A stretch of 64,000 nt of DNA from an uncultured Acidobacteriota bacterium (lineage in GTDB: Bacteria > Acidobacteriota > UBA6911), in contig CAWEJX010000020.1 in NCBI GenBank assembly GCA_963809485.1, forward strand, positions 1,152,001 to 1,216,000, given 5' to 3'. The notes beneath the pieces are model-generated. The model was not told the origin of the DNA. It worked only from the letters and a program-made list of their open reading frames with translations, and did not search any database. Positions 9,865 through 19,812 of this stretch are shown in pieces; positions within the stretch are counted from its first letter, which is position 1, and each line of letters opens with the position of its first letter. Both the position numbers and the translations under genes were made by a program.

Positions 9865-11745
9865 ATGCCGGGACGCATACGTATGAATATCGTGCTGAGC
9901 CTGTCGCTCGGGATCGCGCTCATGTTTGCGCTGATGTCGTGCAACACCGCCGGCCAGAAGCCCGCTTCAGCTCCAACCGTGGCGGACGCCGAGAAGTTCA
10001 TCGCGGATACGGAAAAACTTCTGGCGGATCTTTCGGTGAAAGCGTCCAGGGCCGCCTGGGTGCAGTCAAATTTTATAACGGATGACACCGAGGCCATCGC
10101 GGCGCAGGCAAACCAGGACTATATAGAAGCCACCACAAAAATCGCCGGAGAGGTGAAGCGCTTCGACGGCCTGAAGCTTCCGCCCGTTCTGGAACGGAAA
10201 TTCAAGCTTCTCAAATTAACACTCTTCTCTTTAAGCGACCCGGCGGAACGCGCCGAAGTGGCCAAATTGGGCACGAACCTGGAGGCGGACTACGGCAAAG
10301 GAAAAGCCTGCCCCGATTCCGGCAAATATGCGGGTAAGTGCCTGCCCATCGGCGAGGTGGAGCAGGTGCTGGCGACCAGCCGGGATCCCAACGAGATGAA
10401 AGAAATATGGAAGTCCTGGCATGCCGTCGGCGCGCCGCTGCGACAGAAGTATACGCGTTTCATCGAGCTGCAGAACAAAGGAGCCCGGGAACTGGGCTTC
10501 AGCGATATGGGGGCCATGTGGCGATCCAATTACGACATGACGCCCGAGCAGTTCAGCGCAGAGGTCGAACGGCTTTGGAATCAGGTCCGTCCCTTTTATG
10601 AGTCCCTGCACGCTTATGTGCGGTCCCGGATAGCGCGGCAATACGGCGACCAGGGCGTGACACAGGACGGCTTGATACGGGCCGACCTGCTGGGCAATCC
10701 CTGGGCGCAGGAGTGGGCGAACGTATACGGTCTGGTTGCCGCCGGCGGCGGGAATGGCGCAGGCTACGACCTGACCTCGATCCTAAAGCAGAAGAAGATC
10801 GATGAAGTGGGAATGGTGCGTTACGGGGAAGCCTTCTTCACGTCCCTGGGCTTTGCCCCGCTTCCGAAATCTTTCTATGAACGGTCTCTTTTTGTGAAAC
10901 CGCGCGACCGCGAGGTGGTGTGCCATGCCAGTGCGTGGGATGTGGACAACAAGGACGACCTGCGCCTGAAAATGTGCATCCAGATCCGAGGCGAGGATTT
11001 CGCAACCGTCCACCACGAGCTCGGCCACAACATCTATCAGCGCGCTTACAACAAGCAGCCGTTCCTTTTCCAGAACGGGGCCAACGACGGTTTCCACGAG
11101 GCCATCGGCGACACGATTGCCCTTTCGATCACTCCCGATTATCTGAAGCAGGTGGACCTGCTGCAAACCGTGCCCAAATCGGACGAGACGGCGCTGTTGC
11201 TGCGCCAGGCCATGGACAAGATTGCATTCCTCCCGTTCGGGCTGATGATCGACCAGTGGCGCTGGAAGGTGATGGACGGCACCCTGAAGCCTGCCGACTA
11301 CAACAAGGGCTGGTGGGAACTGCGTGAGAAGTATCAGGGCGTCGCACCCCCGGCTGCGCGCTCGGAAAATGATTTTGATCCGGGCGCCAAGTACCACGTC
11401 CCCGCAAACGTGCCGTACACGAGATATTTCCTGGCGCACATCCTTCAGTTCCAGTTCTATCGCGCCCTGTGCAACGAAGCCGGATACCAGGGCCCCCTGC
11501 ACCGCTGCACGTTCTACAATAACAAGCAGGCCGGAGCCAAACTCAACGCCATGCTCGAAATGGGGATGAGCCGTCCCTGGCCGGAAGCCCTGAAGGCCAT
11601 GACGGGCGAGGAGAAGATCGATGCGAGCGCTCTGCTGGAGTACTTCGCGCCGGTTCAAAAGTGGCTCGACGAGCAGAACGCGGCGGCGAACGTCAAATCC
11701 GGCTGGCAGCTGCCGGCCGACCCGCTGGCAGCGGCAGCAAAGTAG
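9865..11745 (+). CDS. M2-family peptidyl-dipeptidase A (ACE homologue), probable lipoprotein
   Basis: HHELGH and GFHEAIGD zinc motifs, CHASAWD, FDPGAKYHVP; signal with lipobox LMSC; GGAGG RBS. Confidence 0.9.
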   Translation: MPGRIRMNIVLSLSLGIALMFALMSCNTAGQKPASAPTVADAEKFIADTEKLLADLSVKASRAAWVQSNFITDDTEAIAAQANQDYIEATTKIAGEVKRFDGLKLPPVLERKFKLLKLTLFSLSDPAERAEVAKLGTNLEADYGKGKACPDSGKYAGKCLPIGEVEQVLATSRDPNEMKEIWKSWHAVGAPLRQKYTRFIELQNKGARELGFSDMGAMWRSNYDMTPEQFSAEVERLWNQVRPFYESLHAYVRSRIARQYGDQGVTQDGLIRADLLGNPWAQEWANVYGLVAAGGGNGAGYDLTSILKQKKIDEVGMVRYGEAFFTSLGFAPLPKSFYERSLFVKPRDREVVCHASAWDVDNKDDLRLKMCIQIRGEDFATVHHELGHNIYQRAYNKQPFLFQNGANDGFHEAIGDTIALSITPDYLKQVDLLQTVPKSDETALLLRQAMDKIAFLPFGLMIDQWRWKVMDGTLKPADYNKGWWELREKYQGVAPPAARSENDFDPGAKYHVPANVPYTRYFLAHILQFQFYRALCNEAGYQGPLHRCTFYNNKQAGAKLNAMLEMGMSRPWPEALKAMTGEEKIDASALLEYFAPVQKWLDEQNAAANVKSGWQLPADPLAAAAK

Positions 11746-11778
11746 TACCCTGACCCGGCGGCTTTGCCGGCTGCGGTT

Positions 11779-12231
11779 TCAGCCGGCCTTGCGGAGGATT
11801 TTTTCCAGAGTGCGGCGCCTGAACTCGAAGATCTTTTCCACTTCCCGTCCGACCACAAGGTTCTGCACCAGCCAGCCGCCGGGAACGGCATAATCGACAT
11901 GATCGCGAACCAGCGTCAGGCCATCCTTTTCCTCGAATCGATGATCGTGACGCCATAGCCGGTATGGCCCCCGGACCTGTTCGTCGACAAAGCGGAGAGG
12001 CGGATCCCAGACTGTGATCTCGCTCTGCCAGGAAAATGGAACCCCGTGCAGGCGCAGCCGGTAGTCAATTTTCAGACCCCGGCGCATTTCCAGGTTCCCT
12101 CGCGCTTTCAGTTCGAACCGCAGCCACGGAGGTGTGATGGCCTCCAGGTTGCGCGGATCGGCAAAGAACGGGAACACTTCGCGCGACGGCAGGTTGATCC
12201 ATTGCTCCGAATCGAAACTGAAGATTCTCAT
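11779..12231 (-). CDS. SRPBCC-family protein
   Basis: VFPFFADPRNLEAITPP, FVDEQVRGPYRLWRH.H.F. Confidence 0.85.
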   Translation of the reverse strand: MRIFSFDSEQWINLPSREVFPFFADPRNLEAITPPWLRFELKARGNLEMRRGLKIDYRLRLHGVPFSWQSEITVWDPPLRFVDEQVRGPYRLWRHDHRFEEKDGLTLVRDHVDYAVPGGWLVQNLVVGREVEKIFEFRRRTLEKILRKAG

Positions 12232-12971
12232 CGTGGGTCTTTATCCTTGCCCATGTTCATGTACAGGGATCTCAAATCCCGGGGAAAGCGCTCGAGGGCG
12301 TAGCGCAGCATGGTGCGCGGCATCACCGCGGCATTGTCATCGAGGAATCCGCACACATCCTCCATGGAGCACCGCTTGCCCGCTTCGCGAAGCATCCAGC
12401 CGACAGCCTTGTGGATCAGATCATGGTTGTCCTCGAGCAGCAATCCTGCCAGTCGCAGAGTCTCACGGCCGTCCCCCTGCCGGAGGAAATAATGAGTTGC
12501 CAGGATCGCAATCCGTCGCTCCCACAAATTTTCAGAGCGCGCGAGCCGCGTGAGTACGGATGTTTTCCTGCCGAACAGGTGCCCCCCGACAATATGCGGC
12601 GCCGAAAGATCCACAAGGTCCCAGTTGTTGATGCGCGCGGTATTGGACAAATAAAAATCGAAAATGCCTTTCCTGCGCGATTCATCGCCGCGCCGGTACT
12701 GGTCCACCAGGATGAGGAGCGCCGCGAGCCTTTCTTCGTGGTACGGGGAGTACAGCAGTTTCCGGACCTCGGTCAGCGGGATGTCCGGGTGCGCCTGAAC
12801 AACTTTGCGAACGCCGGGAACCGGCACTCCATGAAACCGATCGTTTTCGCCATATTCCCCCGGTCCCGTCTTGAAAAAGCTCTTAAGGACGGCAGCTTTA
12901 GCCGCATCGGCGGCCGAACGCAGCTTGCCACGGATCACTTCCGACTCTGCCCTTTTCCCGCTTTTCTTCAT
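12228..12971 (-). CDS. DNA alkylation repair protein (AlkD-like HEAT repeat)
   Basis: FFKTGPGEYGE, INNWDLVDLSA, DLIHKAVGWMLREAGKR, MPRTMLRYALE. Confidence 0.9.
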   Translation of the reverse strand: MKKSGKRAESEVIRGKLRSAADAAKAAVLKSFFKTGPGEYGENDRFHGVPVPGVRKVVQAHPDIPLTEVRKLLYSPYHEERLAALLILVDQYRRGDESRRKGIFDFYLSNTARINNWDLVDLSAPHIVGGHLFGRKTSVLTRLARSENLWERRIAILATHYFLRQGDGRETLRLAGLLLEDNHDLIHKAVGWMLREAGKRCSMEDVCGFLDDNAAVMPRTMLRYALERFPRDLRSLYMNMGKDKDPR

Positions 12972-13041
12972 AATCGATGAAAGATCTTTTTGCAGAGGAG
13001 GGCTGCCGGAAGGCCGTCCTCAATCATAAAAAGAAAAAACA

Positions 13042-13228
13042 GTCAGGTGCCTCCGGCAAAGCCGGAGGCTTGAAAGATTTGAACCGCTCAAAGCGGTTGG
13101 AGGAGTTACGCCGGTCTTGAACGCTGACTTACGCGGGCAAAAGCCGATGAGGCGCTTCCGATCCCCGCCGAACAAATCGGCGTTTGTCAGCGCTTTTATC
13201 AGCGTTTCTCAGCGTTTCAAAATATGGA
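13042..13228 (-). mobile_element. Family A IS200-derived element, copy 2 (short, one end missing)
   Basis: GTCAGG-CCTCCGGCAAAGCCGGAGG...AACCGCTCAAAGCGGTT...TCAGCGTTTCAAAATA. Confidence 0.75.
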
Positions 13229-13240
13229 ATGGCTTCGCCC

Positions 13241-13873
13241 CTAATCGAAAATCGTCGACCGGCCGGGATCCAGGAGAGCGGAGAAGGCATCGCGGACATG
13301 GCGCGCGGTAGTGCGCTCACCGGAAAAGACCGAAGGGATTTCGTCCTCACCGAAAAAGGCCACTTCCGACGTCTCCTGGCTTGGCCGGGCGGCACCATCC
13401 ACGATGTCGCAAAGGAAAACAATTTTGAACGCATGAAAAACTTCGAGCGGATCCCTCCGGTTGGCGTCGTATACACCCACCACTCTGCGGGCCCGGACAT
13501 GGAACCCGGCTTCTTCCCACACCTCGCGCTCAGCCGCCTTGGAGGGAGTGTCCCCCACATCCGCCCACCCTCCCGGCATGGTCCATCCGCCGTCAAGCCT
13601 TTCCCGTACCAGGAGCAGCTTTCGGTTCCTGAATACGGCTGCGCGCACATCTATCTTGGGAGTTGCATAGCCGATTTGCGCGGTGAAAGCCTGCGCCAGA
13701 CGAAGGAAATCGACGTCCGAGTTTTGGCTGATCATTTCTGCCGCAATTTGCATCAGCCGTTCACAGCGGTCCCGCTGGAAGTCGTCTTTGGCATAATGGC
13801 GCCCCGTTTGTGCCAGGGCCTGTATCTCCCGTGCCCATTCCAGCAATCGTGGTTTCCTGTCAGGACCGGACAT
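13241..13873 (-). CDS. NUDIX hydrolase with N-terminal Nudix_N domain (ADP-ribose pyrophosphatase-like)
   Basis: GYATPKIDVR and Nudix box GGWADVGDTPSKAAEREVWEEAG. Confidence 0.9.
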   Translation of the reverse strand: MSGPDRKPRLLEWAREIQALAQTGRHYAKDDFQRDRCERLMQIAAEMISQNSDVDFLRLAQAFTAQIGYATPKIDVRAAVFRNRKLLLVRERLDGGWTMPGGWADVGDTPSKAAEREVWEEAGFHVRARRVVGVYDANRRDPLEVFHAFKIVFLCDIVDGAARPSQETSEVAFFGEDEIPSVFSGERTTARHVRDAFSALLDPGRSTIFD

Positions 13874-13967
13874 GAGATCTCCCTGGCAACGAGTACACCC
13901 TCATCCGGGTTTTTGGCGGGAACGGTTCTCCCATTGCGCCCCCACAGAATGAATGCAACATGCTATT

Positions 13968-15338
13968 TTAGCCGGCGAATCCGGCGGCGACATATCCGGA
14001 CATCCCGCCGGCGACACTCTTTACAACCTTGAAGCCGTTGCGCTGCAGGATGCTGGCGGCCAGACTCGACCGCATTCCCGTGCCGCAGATAAGGGCGATG
14101 TCCTTGTCCTGGGGCAGCTCCTTGTGCCGCGTGCGAAGATCCGGCGCCGGGATATTGAGAGCGCCCGGAATGCGGATACCCTGAAATTCCTCTTGGGAAC
14201 GGACATCCACGAGCACGGGGCCGCATTTCGCCTGCATCCAATGATGCAGTTCCTGCGGGCTGAGCTGCGCGACGTGTTCGGTTGGCAGCCCGGCGAGGTT
14301 CCAGCTTAGCATGCCTCCATCAAGATACGCCGTCACATTGTCGATGCCGACGCGCCTGAGCCAGACGGCGGCTTCCTGGACAACAGCCTCGCTGTCGGCA
14401 ACCAGCAAGATTTCGCCGTCAACCGGCAATGTCCAGCCGGCGAAGGTGGCGAAGTTTCCATTGATGTCGTTGCTCCACGCGCCGGGAATATGCTGGCCTC
14501 CGAACGCGTCGAACGGCCGGACATCGAGCACAACCGCGCCGGGCTTCCCGGCGCGTTCGGCAAACGCTTGCGTTGTCAGAGGCGCGGGAACGGGCAGCGT
14601 GCGCACCAGAGCCGGACCGGCGCCGTTGGTGGCGCTGCAGCGCGCAAAATGATCGGGCGCAGCCGGCATATCCGTCGTTAGAGATGCAATGAAAGAGGCC
14701 TTGTCCGGTATCTGGAGAGCCCGGTTTTTCCGGCGCTCGTAGCCGATCGTGCTGGTGCGTTTGGCACCCATGGCCCGCCCGCACAGGGAGCCGGCCCCGT
14801 GCGCCGGATACACTTCGCAGAAGTCCGGCAGCTTCAGCAGCTTCCCGTGGAGGTTGTCGAAAAGTATGGATGCGAGCTCCGCCGCCCGCCCCGGGAAAAG
14901 GTCCGGCCGCCCCACGTCGCCTACGAAGAGCGTGTCGCCGCAGAAAACGCCCACCGGTTCTTCGCCCCGTTCCCGGTCGACCACCACGTAGGAAATATGT
15001 TCGGGAGTGTGGCCGGCGGTGTCGAGAACGGAGATGCGCATGTCGTCGATGGCAAAGGAGTCGCCCTCCGCCAGCGCCACATGCCTGAAGGCGCAGTTGC
15101 CCGCCTTCGGTGCATAGATCGTGGCCCCGGTTTTCTCCGCCAGGTCCATGTGCCCCGAAATGAAATCCGCGTGCAGATGGGTTTCCAGGATGTGCGTGAT
15201 CCCGAGGTCCAGAGCCTTCGCGGCGGCGATGTAGATATCGATATCGCGCTGCGGATCGACGATCGCACAGGAGGTTGAGCCGCCCAACAGATAGGAGCTG
15301 TGTGCCAGGCCGTTCACAAAAAAATGTTGCACGAGCAT
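13968..15338 (-). CDS. MBL-fold hydrolase with two rhodanese domains (persulfide dioxygenase/sulfurtransferase-like)
   Basis: THLHADFISG, GHTPEH, GDTLFVGDVGRPDL, C-terminal CGTGMRS rhodanese loop. Confidence 0.9.
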   Translation of the reverse strand: MLVQHFFVNGLAHSSYLLGGSTSCAIVDPQRDIDIYIAAAKALDLGITHILETHLHADFISGHMDLAEKTGATIYAPKAGNCAFRHVALAEGDSFAIDDMRISVLDTAGHTPEHISYVVVDRERGEEPVGVFCGDTLFVGDVGRPDLFPGRAAELASILFDNLHGKLLKLPDFCEVYPAHGAGSLCGRAMGAKRTSTIGYERRKNRALQIPDKASFIASLTTDMPAAPDHFARCSATNGAGPALVRTLPVPAPLTTQAFAERAGKPGAVVLDVRPFDAFGGQHIPGAWSNDINGNFATFAGWTLPVDGEILLVADSEAVVQEAAVWLRRVGIDNVTAYLDGGMLSWNLAGLPTEHVAQLSPQELHHWMQAKCGPVLVDVRSQEEFQGIRIPGALNIPAPDLRTRHKELPQDKDIALICGTGMRSSLAASILQRNGFKVVKSVAGGMSGYVAAGFAG

Positions 15339-15472
15339 TCGCGTCTCCTTTCAAAACATAATCGTCCCTTTGCCGGGAGGTGCGCCGTCCGGCAGCATGC
15401 CGCTGCGGACATGCTGCCGGATATTTTACGGCGGGCGATTCTCCCTGTCATCCCCGCAAAAAGGCGTCCCGC

Positions 15473-16189
15473 TTACTTCTTCAAAACGGTTTTCAGGACC
15501 TGCTCTTTGGGAAGCTTCTTGGTGCTGATGAACCAGTCGTGCAGGGTCACGTCCGACGCCGGCTTCATCCGCGCCTGGGCGTCATCCATCGTGCCGGGAG
15601 GCGGGACAATCACGTCGTCTCCGGGGCGCCAGTCCGCAGGCGTGGCGACCGAGAAGGCATCCGCGGTCTTCAGGCCGATCAGGACCCGGTAGAGCTCGTC
15701 GAAATTGCGGCCCAGGCTGAGCGGGTAATAGATGATGGCCCGGATCACGCCGGCGGGATCAATGTAAAATACTGCGCGCACAGCCTTGGTAGTGCTCTCA
15801 CCCGGCTGGATCATGCCGTATTTCCTGGCGACCGTCATCGTGATGTCGTCGATCAGAGGGAACTTCACGTCGACGTTCTTCATGCCTTTATAGTCGATTT
15901 TGTCTTTGATGGTGCGAAGCCATGCAATGTGGCTGTAAAGCCCGTCCACAGAAAGCCCCACCAGCTTGCAGTTGGCTTCGGCGAATTTGCTTTCCAGGGA
16001 GGCAAAAGTGATGAATTCGGTGGTGCAGACCGGCGTAAAGTCTGCGGGGTGACTGAAAAGAATGACCCAGCTGCCGGCGTATTGCTCCGGGAAGCTGATT
16101 TCTCCCTGGGTCGTGCTTGCTTTAAAAGACGGTGCCTTATCCCCGATGCGGGGCATGGGAACAACTTCGACCGGATTCTGTGATTCCAT
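15473..16189 (-). CDS. Peroxiredoxin (Prx6-type)
   Basis: FSHPADFTPVCTTE, GRNFDE, TPADW. Confidence 0.92.
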   Translation of the reverse strand: MESQNPVEVVPMPRIGDKAPSFKASTTQGEISFPEQYAGSWVILFSHPADFTPVCTTEFITFASLESKFAEANCKLVGLSVDGLYSHIAWLRTIKDKIDYKGMKNVDVKFPLIDDITMTVARKYGMIQPGESTTKAVRAVFYIDPAGVIRAIIYYPLSLGRNFDELYRVLIGLKTADAFSVATPADWRPGDDVIVPPPGTMDDAQARMKPASDVTLHDWFISTKKLPKEQVLKTVLKK

Positions 16190-16199
16190 ATGTTTCTCC

Positions 16200-16688
16200 T
16201 TATGATTGAGTCTTCGATTTATGTGTCTGGCAACGGCGGCACAGGCCGCTCAGTTGCACGCGGAAATCCTTCACAACAAATCCGAATTCTGCGGTGTCGG
16301 GTATGGGTGTTTCATCCAGCCCGGCGCTGGCGATGTCGGTAATGGCGTTGCAGCGCAAACAGACCAGGTGGTGGTGCAGTTCGACACGGCCGTCGTAACG
16401 CACCGCGCTCCTGCAGTGCCCGACTTTGAGAATGGCGCCCATCTGGGCGAGGTTTTCGAGAGTGCGGTAAACTGTGGCGCGCGAAACACGGGCGCCGCGA
16501 ACGGCTGCGGACGAGCAGACCTCTTCCGCCGTGGGATGAGTGCCGAGTTCGAGCACCGCCTGAAGCACGGCGCGCCGCTGCGTGGTATAAGGCACACCCT
16601 TTTCGCGGCACAGCCTGCGAAATTCCTCCTCGTGGTGCTTTTTCAAACCCTCGGACATTTCCGGTATGCATTTGATAGCTGTTGACAT
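16200..16688 (-). CDS. Fur-family regulator (PerR-like)
   Basis: T.QRRAVL, HPTAEEV, SRATVYRTL, HHHLVCLRC...GLCRRC; heads a peroxiredoxin operon. Confidence 0.88.
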   Translation of the reverse strand: MSTAIKCIPEMSEGLKKHHEEEFRRLCREKGVPYTTQRRAVLQAVLELGTHPTAEEVCSSAAVRGARVSRATVYRTLENLAQMGAILKVGHCRSAVRYDGRVELHHHLVCLRCNAITDIASAGLDETPIPDTAEFGFVVKDFRVQLSGLCRRCQTHKSKTQS

Positions 16689-16692
16689 CGGA

Positions 16693-16707
16693 TGAGACTT
16701 TGTCTCA
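16693..16707. promoter_or_regulatory. Candidate Fur/PerR operator TGAGAC-TTT-GTCTCA
   Basis: 15-bp dyad 4 bp upstream of the regulator start codon, overlapping a TTGACT-N17 promoter on the minus strand. Confidence 0.5.
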
Positions 16708-16794
16708 ACTATTCCGACAAGTCAAGAAATATTTGCAAATGGAATGATCCCGCAGGATCGCCCATTTCGCATTACCCGGGCAGAGGAGGAAAAA

Positions 16795-17325
16795 ATGAGA
16801 AAACGAATCTGCCTACGGACCCCAATTGCCGGAATAGCCTTGTGCTTCATGATGATTTGCTCGTGGGCTCATGCCGGGCCGGCAGCCGATGAAGGCCAGG
16901 GCAAGGATATGCAGAAACCTCTGCAAGGGTATGCCTTTTTTTCGCCCGGGGCGATTCTGGGCGACGACTCGGTCTCAACCATGAACTTCGGCGCAGGATT
17001 GGATGCACTGATTTACAGGGGGCTGGGGGCCGGCGCGGAGGTCAGCTACCTGACGCCATGGAGCGACATCGGTAACGGGATCGGCCTGATATCGCTGAAC
17101 GGCGCCTATCATTTCAACCGCAGGCGCAAACTATCCCCGTTTGTCACGGGCGGCTACACGCTGGCATTCCGGGACGGACACGCGAACCTGGTTAATTTTG
17201 GCGGCGGGGTGAATTACTGGTTTCGCGAAGGCCACGGGCTGCGCCTGGAGTTTCGCGACCATCTCCAGCCGCAATATGCCAATACCCATTACTTGAGCTT
17301 TCGCATCGGCTATAGCTTCCGTTGA
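16795..17325 (+). CDS. Small outer-membrane beta-barrel protein
   Basis: Signal peptide, alternating beta strands, SPFVTGG, C-terminal IGYSFR. Confidence 0.7.
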   Translation: MRKRICLRTPIAGIALCFMMICSWAHAGPAADEGQGKDMQKPLQGYAFFSPGAILGDDSVSTMNFGAGLDALIYRGLGAGAEVSYLTPWSDIGNGIGLISLNGAYHFNRRRKLSPFVTGGYTLAFRDGHANLVNFGGGVNYWFREGHGLRLEFRDHLQPQYANTHYLSFRIGYSFR

Positions 17326-17443
17326 GGGTGGAAGAGGGGCAGTTCCAAAGCTCGCGATTTGTGTCTATCGTGGCCATAAATCCTGTGTTTCCCGGATCAC
17401 GGGATTCGCGTAATGGGAAAGGCACTGCGCGGTAAAGCAGGGG

Positions 17444-17479
17444 AAAAAAGCAAGCCCGGTATCGGCGTACCGGGCTTGC
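17444..17479 (-). terminator. Rho-independent terminator
   Basis: 12-bp stem GCAAGCCCGGTA/TACCGGGCTTGC followed by T6 on the minus strand, 30 bp after the stop at 17510. Confidence 0.8.
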
Positions 17480-17509
17480 AGGAATTACCCGTTAGCAGCT
17501 TTGGTGCCT

Positions 17510-18298
17510 TTATTTGTCTTTGCCCTTGGCGTATGCATTGCCTTTGCCGTTGGTACCCGGATTTTCGGGCGTAACCACAACAGTTTCCGCCACCTCCGGT
17601 TTCTGTTCTTCGACATCCGCATCGTCGTCCGCATCGTCTTCAGCGTCATCCGCAACTACAACCGGCGCGGCATATTGGTAGATAATCAGGTTGCCCTCGA
17701 AAAGGTAAGAGGCAGGATTCCAGGCCAGCATCTGTGGCGGTACAGCCGACTCCCCTTCCCCCTCTGTGCCGCACTGTACATCCGCAGAGCTTACGAGCCA
17801 TATTTTTGCCCCAACAGCGCCGGAGACTGAATCGGCTATAGGTTTGTAGTTGCCATCATCGGGCAACGGCAGGCCCATCGGGACATCCCCAACCAGGAAT
17901 TGATGCTCGCCATGGATCTGAAGGTTCCCTTTGTCGTTGGCCTTTTGGCTGCCCAGACAAACCAGATTTTCTCCCGGCCAGGGATCGGGATAATAGAGGA
18001 GTGTGTAGTCCATATCGGGCACCAGGTTTTTGCCCTGAAATGAGAACCTGAATTCCGGTCCAAGCAGGTTATATTTCATCTGCCCCCAGCGCCGATTTTC
18101 GGTCATTATCGGCCAAGGACCCTCAACCAAAGGACAGCCCATGGAATCATACCCCTCCAAATCTGCCAGCGTGGAATCGCATTTCTGGAAAAGGAACAAT
18201 CTCCCGACCATTGCGCCGCCTTTATCGCCTGCCATTGCAGCTGATGCAAGAACGGTCAGCATCAGGACCATCACAAGAACCGCTGTTTTTTTCATCAT
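17510..18298 (-). CDS. Secreted hypothetical protein with acidic tail and GNAYAKGK end
   Basis: Sec-pathway signal MMKKTAVLVMVLMLTVLASAAMA, AGGAGG RBS. Confidence 0.75.
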   Translation of the reverse strand: MMKKTAVLVMVLMLTVLASAAMAGDKGGAMVGRLFLFQKCDSTLADLEGYDSMGCPLVEGPWPIMTENRRWGQMKYNLLGPEFRFSFQGKNLVPDMDYTLLYYPDPWPGENLVCLGSQKANDKGNLQIHGEHQFLVGDVPMGLPLPDDGNYKPIADSVSGAVGAKIWLVSSADVQCGTEGEGESAVPPQMLAWNPASYLFEGNLIIYQYAAPVVVADDAEDDADDDADVEEQKPEVAETVVVTPENPGTNGKGNAYAKGKDK

Positions 18299-18549
18299 AG
18301 CTACCTCCTGCAGTCTGATGACCACACATGGTTAAAAAATTCGTCAATTGTCAGTCGATGGTTATCGATATTACGCGCGTTGCGGATTTGGGCAGTGACA
18401 CGTATCACAGAACCGGCGGATAGCTGCCGATCGCCGTTTTCGACTATTTCCGGCTTGTGTCCGTGCAGGGGATGCCCTATAAGCAAGTGGAGGCAATATT
18501 CGGAAAGCGCAGCTATCCAGCACAAAAATGTGCACTGGGAGGATGAATT

Positions 18550-19392
18550 ATGGCGATGCTCAATGACGGCCCCGGCCGCATAATAGATATCAATCCCAAA
18601 TCGGTCTCACGCGTGTTCGGCCTGGCGGTCGCCGCATTGGCTGTTTTGATTCTTGTTTTTGCGTCCATCGCCCGGGTCGATTCGGGCCACGTCGGCGTCC
18701 TTACGCTGTTCGGCCGCGTGACGGGCGAAGGTTTGTCCGAGGGGATCCACCTGGTCAATCCCTTCAAAGTGAATCACGAGATGTCCATCCGCACGCAGGA
18801 AGTCAAGGAATCGGCCAGCGTGCCTTCGAGCGAAGGCCTGGTGATCAACCTGGACACTTCCATGATATTCCACCTGAACCCGCAAAAGGCGGCCGAGGTC
18901 TACCAGAAAATCGGGCCGAACTACATCGCCGTGCTGATCGAGCCCAATCTTCGGGCCGCAATACGAGAATCGACGGCCGCCCATTCCGCAAACGCCCTGT
19001 ATACGGGAGAACGCGAGATGGTGGCGAAACAGATTTACGAACAGCTTGTTTCCATCCTCGAAAAGAGGGGATTCGTTATCGAGAGCATCCTGCTGCGCGA
19101 CATCCAGCTGCCCGCGACGCTCAAAGCCTCCATCGAGGCCAAACAGCAGGCGGAGCAGGAGGCCCTCGCCATGAGTTTCCGGCTGCAGAAAGAAAAGCAG
19201 GAAGCCGAACGCAAGCGCATCGAGGCCCAGGGCATCCGCGACTTCCAGCAGATCGTAGCCCAGGGTATCAGCCCGCAGCTGCTGGAGTGGAAAGGCATTG
19301 AAGCCACCGAAAACCTGGCAAAGAGCTCAAACGCCAAGGTCGTGGTGATAGGCAGCAACAAAAACGGCCTGCCGCTCATCCTCGGCCAGTAA
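18550..19392 (+). CDS. SPFH/prohibitin (Band 7) family protein
   Basis: GHVGVLTLFG, EG.HLVNPF, IEAKQQAEQEA, EAERKRIEAQG. Confidence 0.9.
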   Translation: MAMLNDGPGRIIDINPKSVSRVFGLAVAALAVLILVFASIARVDSGHVGVLTLFGRVTGEGLSEGIHLVNPFKVNHEMSIRTQEVKESASVPSSEGLVINLDTSMIFHLNPQKAAEVYQKIGPNYIAVLIEPNLRAAIRESTAAHSANALYTGEREMVAKQIYEQLVSILEKRGFVIESILLRDIQLPATLKASIEAKQQAEQEALAMSFRLQKEKQEAERKRIEAQGIRDFQQIVAQGISPQLLEWKGIEATENLAKSSNAKVVVIGSNKNGLPLILGQ

Positions 19393-19416
19393 CAAGTCAG
19401 GAATAATTGGGGAGCA

Positions 19417-19812
19417 GTCAGGCACCTCCGGCAAAGCCGGAGGCTTGAAAGATTGGAACCGCTCAAAGCGGTTGGAGGAGTTACACTGGTCTTGAACGCT
19501 GACTAACGCGGGCAAAAGCCGATGAGGCGCTTCCGATCCCCGCAGGGGCCAGCGCTCGGCGCTGGTCAGTTTTCTGCGGCGGCACTGTGGCAAACGCCCG
19601 GTTTCTCATAACCTCCATCTCATTGCCGCACGGCGCTTGCCACAGTGCCGCCGCAGAAAACTCCATCGGAAGCGCCTCATCGGCTTTTGCTCGCCGACCC
19701 TCGCCGAACAAATCGGCGTTTGTCAGCGCTTTTGTCAGCGTATCTCAGCGTTTCAAAATACGGAGCTATCAAACTCCAGTAGTCACCCAGCCATGCTGGG
19801 CAATTGCCTATG
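19417..19812 (-). mobile_element. Family A IS200-derived element, copy 3 (long form; 43-bp core in opposite orientation to copies 4 and 5)
   Basis: Both end motifs plus two nested 26-bp inverted repeats (19512-19537/19665-19690 and 19568-19593/19637-19662). Confidence 0.8.

Noticed and set aside
9865-11745. ACE-like peptidase as eukaryote-derived novelty
   Set aside because: Bacterial M2 peptidases are established and widespread
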